In this document: piece after piece, positions 36,275 to 41,480 of the stretch
Layout of the letters: every line of letters begins with the position of its first letter
Numbering within the stretch: position 1 is the first letter of the stretch
Origin: Alphaproteobacteria bacterium
Lineage (GTDB): Bacteria > Pseudomonadota > Alphaproteobacteria > GCA-2731375
Direction: 5' to 3'
DNA: 41,480 bases
NCBI GenBank assembly: GCA_963577885.1
Contig: CAUZBE010000001.1
Location: forward strand, 1-41,480
Program-made: the position numbers and the translations under genes
Notes under the pieces: generated by a model
What the model was told of the DNA's origin: nothing
The model's input: the letters and a program-made list of their open reading frames with translations, nothing else
Databases searched by the model: none

Positions 36275-36551
36275 GCCTTGAAGCGGGTTGGGCCGTACAG
36301 GAAATAATAGGCCTCGATGTCTTCGACAAGGCGGGCCGGCTCGCGCTTCACACTGATCCTGTAGTGGTCGTGGCCCGGTGCACCCGAAAGCGAACAGGGG
36401 CGGCGAACCAGCTCTGCTAAGCCAGGCGCTTCAGGCCCGAGCGGTGGTATTGGCCGGCCTCGAAAGGCAGCAGCGGGCTGGCGTTCCCCGCCTCGAACAC
36501 GAACGAGGTGACATCGTCGCTTTCCTGGCAAACTACCTGGGAACGAAACTG
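36275..36551 (-). pseudogene. Fragment of a ferredoxin-NADP-reductase-type (FAD_binding_6) oxidoreductase
   Basis: The minus strand reads QFRSQVVCQESDDVTSFVFEAGNASPLLPFEAGQY..., followed by a frame change to ...ELVRRPCSLSGAPGHDHYRISVKREPA.... This matches the pattern V..E..DV.SF.F....PL..F.AGQY ... R.YSLSS.P....YRISVKRE. TGA lies directly upstream, TAG at 36417-36419, and the C-terminal two thirds are absent. Confidence 0.45.
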
Positions 36552-36574
36552 TCAGCCACTTCGCCTTCACCGAG

Positions 36575-36838
36575 ATGACGGAGAAGGCCAATTGGCGGCT
36601 TGTCGTGAAGAACGGTGAAGTGAATGCCTGCGACAAGGATCCAGACCGGGACGTGGACATTTTTCTGATCACAACAGTGAAGACAATGGCTGATATTTGG
36701 ACCAACAATATGACCTACCGCAAAGCCGTGGCGGCGGACGATTTATCGATTATTGGCCCTTTGGCGCTGACCAACGATATTGCTAGTTGGATGAGCAACA
36801 GTAATTTTTCTGACCTACCATCAGCTCATGAAATCTGA
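36575..36838 (+). CDS. 87-aa ORF resembling the SCP2-like C-terminal domain of some HxlR-type regulators; possibly a gene remnant
   Basis: (ETVSHFAFTE)MTEKANWRLVVKNGEVNACDKDPDRDVDIFLITTVKTMADIWTNNMTYRKAVAADDLSIIGPLALTNDIASWMSNSNFSD. The pattern W.LV...G.V..C..DP..DVD....T...T....W.......A......L...GP..L......W...S.F is recalled from regulator C-termini. There is no SD, the region is AT-richer, and no HTH part is present. Confidence 0.3.
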   Translation: MTEKANWRLVVKNGEVNACDKDPDRDVDIFLITTVKTMADIWTNNMTYRKAVAADDLSIIGPLALTNDIASWMSNSNFSDLPSAHEI

Positions 36839-36942
36839 AAGCCAATAACGCTACAATGCAAGAACAGGGAAAACAGAACAGATGCATGAAATAGCCATCG
36901 GCCAAACGGCGGGGATTAAGTTTGAGGTTATTCCGGCAAATC

Positions 36943-37833
36943 CTAGCGGGGCCAGCGGTTGTGCGGCCACAGCCATTGTTCCGGGCGCGCCCTGATCCAG
37001 TCTTCCAGTATTTCGTTGACCTGGCCCATCAGGGCCGCCACATCCGCCGTGCGGTCGCCGCTTTCGCTGTAGGCCAGGGGATCGAGGAAGGTGACACGAA
37101 AGGCGGCGCCGTCCAGCCGTTCGCAGCGCACGGGTACTACGGCCAAATGTTCGCGCAGGGCCAGTTGAGCCAGGGCCGGCGCGGTCATGGCCGGGCGGCC
37201 AAAAAACGGCACCGCGATGCCGTCATTCATCTTCTGATCCACCAGCATGCCCACCGGGTCGCCTTGTTTGAGGGCCGCCAGGATCCCGCGCGCAGCTGTC
37301 CGGCCCTTGGCTAGGGCGCCCAACGACGACGCTTTACGGACCTGCCATAGCCAGCCGTCGATCAGGGGGTTGTTGGCGGCGCGGTAGACAACATGCATGG
37401 GCTGGTCCAATTTGGCGGTGACCAGATACATGAGCTCCCAATTGGCCAAATGGCCGCCGAATAGCAAACACCCCCGGCCCTGGCCACTGTCCTGAAATTT
37501 GGTCAGATTTTCTGCCCCGACGACCTGGATCTGACCCTGATCCGGTGTTCTCTCGGTCAAGGTAAAATTGCGCAAATGGGGTAGTTCCGCCACCGTGCGG
37601 CCAAGGTTTAGCCAGACACCGGTGATGATGGCGGCCCGTTGGCCTGGGGCCAGCTCCGGCATAACCAAGTTCAAATTTTGCTCCACCCGGCGCGCCAGGG
37701 CGGGCACGCGCGCTAATCCCGCACCCAGCCAGGCGCCGAGGTTCGAGGCGGCGGTAACGGGCAATGCTGCAAGCAGAGCCCAGAATAGGCGCGCCAGCCA
37801 ATATTCCAGACGATAGAGAATAGGATATTTCAT
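36943..37833 (-). CDS. Lipid A biosynthesis lauroyl/late acyltransferase (LpxL/HtrB family)
   Basis: 296 aa with an N-terminal membrane helix, HX4E motif GGHLANWEL, and a C-terminal PEQWLWPHNRW. Confidence 0.85.
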   Translation of the reverse strand: MKYPILYRLEYWLARLFWALLAALPVTAASNLGAWLGAGLARVPALARRVEQNLNLVMPELAPGQRAAIITGVWLNLGRTVAELPHLRNFTLTERTPDQGQIQVVGAENLTKFQDSGQGRGCLLFGGHLANWELMYLVTAKLDQPMHVVYRAANNPLIDGWLWQVRKASSLGALAKGRTAARGILAALKQGDPVGMLVDQKMNDGIAVPFFGRPAMTAPALAQLALREHLAVVPVRCERLDGAAFRVTFLDPLAYSESGDRTADVAALMGQVNEILEDWIRARPEQWLWPHNRWPR

Positions 37834-38807
37834 GGCCTATCCGCTGTGAGCATGCGATCCAGCAGAAAGTCCAGTTCAGCGGGCGCATCAAAGGCCAGCA
37901 CGACAGGGATCACCGTCACCATGTCACGTGCGCCGGGCGGCAGACGTACCGCGTCCTTGGCCGTGGTCACGGCCTGGGCATCCAGCTCCCGGGCCCACTC
38001 CACCAGTTTCCAGATTTCATCTTCGCGAAAGGGGTGATGATCGGGGAAGGCCTGTTGGCCCACCACTTCGGCCCCCATTTCCCGCACCGTATGGAAGAAT
38101 CGCTCCGGCCGGCCAATGCCTGCAAAGGCCAGAACCCGGCGCCCCCGCAACGTCAGGGCGTCGTCAGACGGGATCAAACGCGCCGTCAATGGCGGCCGGG
38201 GCAGGGCTGGCAGCGGCACGGGCGTTTCGCCTGATTGCAGCAGGATCACTACATCCGCCCGGTCCAAGCCTCTGCACGCAGGCTCGCGCAGGGGACCAGC
38301 GGGATGCACTCTCCCATTGCCTAGACCGTAAGCCTGATCGATCACCAGCAACGACAAATCCTTGGCCAAACCTGGATTTTGGAAACCGTCATCCATGACG
38401 ATGGCCTGGGCACCGGCGGCGATAGCGGCACGGGCGCCGGCGGCCCGGTCACGGGCAATCCAGGCCGGCGCGGCGGCGGCCAGCAAAAGTGGCTCATCAC
38501 CCACATCCCGGGCTAGGTGCCGGGCCGGGTCGACGCGGATGGGGCCGGGCAAGCGACCACCATGGCCCCGGCTCAAGAAATGCACCGTGACGCCCCGTTG
38601 GGTCAGGGCACGCGCCACGGCCAGGGCCGTGGGGGTTTTCCCGGCGCCGCCCGCGACCAGATTGCCAATGCATATCACCGGCACGTCCCCCCGCCAGGGC
38701 CTGGTCACGGCCCAGCGCAGACGCCCGGCGGCACCATAGATCCAGGCCAAGGGTTGTAGCCCGTGCGCCAAAAGGCCGTCCCGGCGCCAAAATTCAGGAG
38801 CCTGCAC
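37830..38807 (-). CDS. lpxK: Tetraacyldisaccharide 4'-kinase
   Basis: FWRRDG...PVICIGNLVAGGAGKTP P-loop, then FLSRGHGG. GTG start 38807. ATGA overlap with the downstream acyltransferase. Confidence 0.9.
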   Translation of the reverse strand: MQAPEFWRRDGLLAHGLQPLAWIYGAAGRLRWAVTRPWRGDVPVICIGNLVAGGAGKTPTALAVARALTQRGVTVHFLSRGHGGRLPGPIRVDPARHLARDVGDEPLLLAAAAPAWIARDRAAGARAAIAAGAQAIVMDDGFQNPGLAKDLSLLVIDQAYGLGNGRVHPAGPLREPACRGLDRADVVILLQSGETPVPLPALPRPPLTARLIPSDDALTLRGRRVLAFAGIGRPERFFHTVREMGAEVVGQQAFPDHHPFREDEIWKLVEWARELDAQAVTTAKDAVRLPPGARDMVTVIPVVLAFDAPAELDFLLDRMLTADRP

Positions 38808-40080
38808 GGTTCGGCCTCGGTTCGGGCAACAGGGGCTCCAATTGCCGCAATACCGCCGCCATCACATCGTGGCCGTGATCGGCGGCGGCCGCGGCGGCGG
38901 CGGCCCGGCGGCTGGTTTCATCCGGATTATCTAACAAATTAGCGACCTGATCAGCCAGGGTATCGGCATCAGCTACCAGATTGGCCCCCCCGATGGTGGT
39001 CATGGCGGCCGCCTGTTCGGTAAAATTAAACATGTAAGGCCCAAACAGGAGGGCGGAGTCGAGACGGGCGGCCTCAAGCGGGTTCTGCCCACCATGCCCG
39101 ACCAGCGAGCCGCCGACGAAGACAATCGTGGCCAGGCGATAGTACAGGCCCATTTCGCCCATGCTATCGCCCAGGTAAATATTCGTTTCGGCGCTGATCG
39201 GCTGCTCCAGGCCTCGCCGGGCAACGATCAGGCCCTCCGCCGCCAACGCCGCCGCGATCGCCTCTCCCCGCTCCGCGTGGCGCGGCACCAGAATAGTCAA
39301 AAGCCCGGGAAAGCGCGGGGCCAATTGGCGATGTGCCGCGGCGATCATGGCCTCTTCGCCAGGATGGGTGGACGCGGCCAGCCAGTGGGGCCGCCGGTGA
39401 ATGGCCATTTTCAACGCATGCAGGTCCCTTGGATCCACCGGCAGGGGTGGCGCGGCAGCTTTCAAGTTGCCGTGAAAGGTGACGGAAAGGGCTCCCAAGG
39501 TCGCTAACCGTCCGGCATCAGGGGCGCTTTGCGCGATGCAGACCTGAAAAACCTGCAACAACGGTTTGATTAGAAAGGGCAGGCGCCGCCAGCGCCGGTA
39601 GGAGACTTCCGACATACGGGCATTCAATAACGCCATGGGTACGCCGCGCGCATGGGTCTGCAGGACTAGATTGGGCCACAACTCTGACTCAACCCACAGC
39701 GCCAGATCAGGCCGCCAATGATCAAGAAACCGGCGGACCGCGGAGGGGCGGTCAATAGGCACGTATTGATGTATGGCGCGGGCCGGCAGGCGATCGGCCA
39801 TGATCCGAGCCGACGTCACGGTGCCCGATGTCAACAGGACGTGTAGCCCTTGATCCAGGTGCAAGAGCCGCTCGATCAAAGGCATAACCGAAATTACCTC
39901 GCCGACCGAGGCGCCATGCAGCCAGACCAGGCGGCCACAGGGTCGCGGCTCGCCCGGTTGCCCCAGGCGTTCGGTAAAGCGGGCCGGATCTTCCTTGCCC
40001 CGGCGCAGGCGGTGGCGCAGATACCAGGCGGCCACCGGGCCCATCAGTATCGCGACATAGTGATATAGCCGGGCGATCAT
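38794..40080 (-). CDS. waaA: 3-deoxy-D-manno-octulosonic acid (Kdo) transferase
   Basis: Internal ATG 40080 ([30 protein letters not shown]...). WLHGASVGE motif and a C-terminal GGSLVGHGGQNPLEAA. ATGA overlap with the upstream DUF374 gene. Confidence 0.9.
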   Translation of the reverse strand: MIARLYHYVAILMGPVAAWYLRHRLRRGKEDPARFTERLGQPGEPRPCGRLVWLHGASVGEVISVMPLIERLLHLDQGLHVLLTSGTVTSARIMADRLPARAIHQYVPIDRPSAVRRFLDHWRPDLALWVESELWPNLVLQTHARGVPMALLNARMSEVSYRRWRRLPFLIKPLLQVFQVCIAQSAPDAGRLATLGALSVTFHGNLKAAAPPLPVDPRDLHALKMAIHRRPHWLAASTHPGEEAMIAAAHRQLAPRFPGLLTILVPRHAERGEAIAAALAAEGLIVARRGLEQPISAETNIYLGDSMGEMGLYYRLATIVFVGGSLVGHGGQNPLEAARLDSALLFGPYMFNFTEQAAAMTTIGGANLVADADTLADQVANLLDNPDETSRRAAAAAAAADHGHDVMAAVLRQLEPLLPEPRPNRAGS

Positions 40081-40814
40081 GGCGCCTTTCCGCATAGGGC
40101 GTTTGCCGGTGCCTGTCCGAGCATGCGGTCGGCCTGTGCGGTCACGGCGGTCAGGGCGGCTTCGACCCGGCAACGGGCGTCTTCCTGCGCCAGCGCATCA
40201 ATTTTTCGTTCAATGGTAATAGGGTCGCCAAAGACCATAACGCCGCAGGAGAACGGCAAGGCAAAACGAAAGCGGTCCCAGCTGCCCAGGACATAGTAGC
40301 GTTCGGTACAAATCGAAACCGGCACGATCGGCGCCCCGGACAGCCGCGCCAGAGCAACGACGCCGGCGCTAAGGCGCATGGCCGGCCCCCGGGGACCATC
40401 GGGCGTAAGGCCGACCGAATGGCCCTGTTTCAGCAATGCCAGCATCTGGCGCATGGCGGGGGCGCCGCCCTTGTCCCGGTCCCGCTCCGGCCGGTGTGTG
40501 GAGCCGCGCACCATGGTTATGCCAAAATGGGCCATGACACGAGCAATCAGCTCGCCGTCACCATGGCGGGATACCAGCAAATGCAATGGCTTGGCGCCGG
40601 GCCACGCGGTAGGCACCATCATCAGCCGGCCATGCCAGGTCACGGGTATGATGCCGCCGCCTTGGGCCAGCAGATCAGGGATGACCTGACCGTTCCGGAC
40701 CTGCCATCTGGTTGTTAGATTGACCAGGCGGATATACTGGGCCACCAGAAAACCGGCCACGGCCTGGCCCGGGGATCTGCCCAAAAACCGTTTGCCTAGC
40801 CGCACCGGTATCAA
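40077..40814 (-). CDS. DUF374 domain protein (lysophospholipid-acyltransferase-like, COG2121)
   Basis: 245 aa. WHGRLMM...[24 protein letters not shown]...[10 protein letters not shown] is the DUF374 pattern. TTG start 40814 overlaps the upstream ABC gene stop (TTGA). Confidence 0.7.
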   Translation of the reverse strand: MIPVRLGKRFLGRSPGQAVAGFLVAQYIRLVNLTTRWQVRNGQVIPDLLAQGGGIIPVTWHGRLMMVPTAWPGAKPLHLLVSRHGDGELIARVMAHFGITMVRGSTHRPERDRDKGGAPAMRQMLALLKQGHSVGLTPDGPRGPAMRLSAGVVALARLSGAPIVPVSICTERYYVLGSWDRFRFALPFSCGVMVFGDPITIERKIDALAQEDARCRVEAALTAVTAQADRMLGQAPANALCGKAP

Positions 40815-41480
40815 CTCCCAAGCGGCGCGGCGACGTCGCTTTCCAGGTTACCGCCATCTTTCAGCTTGGCGAATTGCATTCTATATATCCGGGCATAGCT
40901 GCCGTTTTGTGCCAGTAGCTCGCCATGATCACCGCTTTCCACGACCCGGCCGCTTTCCAGGACGTAAATTCGGTCCGCCGCCATGACGGTGGACAGACGG
41001 TGCGCTATAACCAAGGTGGTGCGGCCTGCCTTTAAGGCCTCCAGCGCCGTTTGCACTTCGCGCTCCGCCTCGCTGTCCAGGGCTGAAGTGGCCTCGTCCA
41101 GCAGCAGAATTGGGGCATTTTTCAGCATCGCCCGGGCGATGGCGATGCGCTGGCGCTGACCACCCGATAGACGGACGCCATTCTCGCCGACCTTGGTGTC
41201 ATAATCCAGCGGCAGGGCGGTGATGAAGTCGTGCGCCGCTGCCGCCCGCGCGGCGGCTGTAATCTGCGCTCGCGTGGTATCAGGCTGGCCATAGGCAATG
41301 TTGGACGCCACGGTATCGTCGAACAGGGTGATATCCTGGCTGACCAGTGCCGTGGCGGCCCGCAGGCTATCGATGGTGACACCCTGAATATCCTGGCCAT
41401 CGATTTCGATTTGCCCGCTGTTGGCGTCAAAAAAGCGCGGCAACAGGTTCATTAACGTTGTTTTTCCGGAGCCCGACGGC
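40811..41480 (-). CDS. ABC transporter ATP-binding domain, MsbA-like lipid exporter (N-terminal part beyond window)
   Basis: The frame is open to the window edge ([13 protein letters not shown] Walker A at 41480-41440). [14 protein letters not shown] signature, [12 protein letters not shown] Walker B, and IAHRLST H-loop. Confidence 0.88.
   Translation of the reverse strand, partial: PSGSGKTTLMNLLPRFFDANSGQIEIDGQDIQGVTIDSLRAATALVSQDITLFDDTVASNIAYGQPDTTRAQITAAARAAAAHDFITALPLDYDTKVGENGVRLSGGQRQRIAIARAMLKNAPILLLDEATSALDSEAEREVQTALEALKAGRTTLVIAHRLSTVMAADRIYVLESGRVVESGDHGELLAQNGSYARIYRMQFAKLKDGGNLESDVAAPLGS

Noticed and set aside
1-41480. CRISPR arrays, tandem repeats, IS elements, integrases/recombinases, prophage genes, toxin-antitoxin pairs and known defence systems.
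   Set aside because: I scanned all intergenic gaps and ORF translations and found no repeat-spacer periodicity, no transposase, integrase or DDE/tyrosine-recombinase motifs, and no nuclease/ATPase/methylase clusters. The YgjP-like gene (23023-23718) sometimes accompanies type I R-M systems, but here it is solitary.

Overview
This is a high-GC chromosomal segment whose gene content and order look alphaproteobacterial (Rhodospirillales/Rhizobiales-like; inference from synteny). Three intact housekeeping blocks are present. They are M16 peptidase-GNAT-DUF167 (1-1969), chorismate mutase-hisC-tyrC / DUF2125 / ChaC (16800-21484), and purD >< xseA-M23 plus lpxL-lpxK-waaA-DUF374-msbA (32631-41480). 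Between them lie accessory metabolic genes: two PuuE-like deacetylases with an orphan ABC permease, an SMP-30 lactonase, three luciferase-like (LLM) oxidoreductase genes, an NTF2/SnoaL protein, and a COG0523 GTPase coupled to a YtcJ-like amidohydrolase. The same stretches also carry three adenylate-forming ligases, a YdiJ-like FAD/Fe-S oxidase and a Gfo/Idh/MocA + HpcH-aldolase pair. The main observation is decay. At least nine accessory genes are interrupted by in-frame stops, frameshifts or truncations, while every housekeeping gene is intact. The second is a rearranged tRNA-Arg(CCU) locus (25873-26452). It has a 39-nt 5'-half tRNA fragment, a 142-bp AT-rich spacer, a complete but different tRNA-Arg(CCU), and a beheaded sugar C-methyltransferase directly next to the tRNA 3' end. 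This looks like the scar of an integrative element with no integrase left. A 162-nt intergenic region (10301-10462) with stacked hairpins and CCACTAG repeats is the best candidate for an undescribed RNA or repeat element. I found no CRISPR array, transposase, integrase, or recognisable defence or toxin-antitoxin module, so I cannot point to a clear novel multi-gene system. All family assignments come from reading the translations, not from searches.
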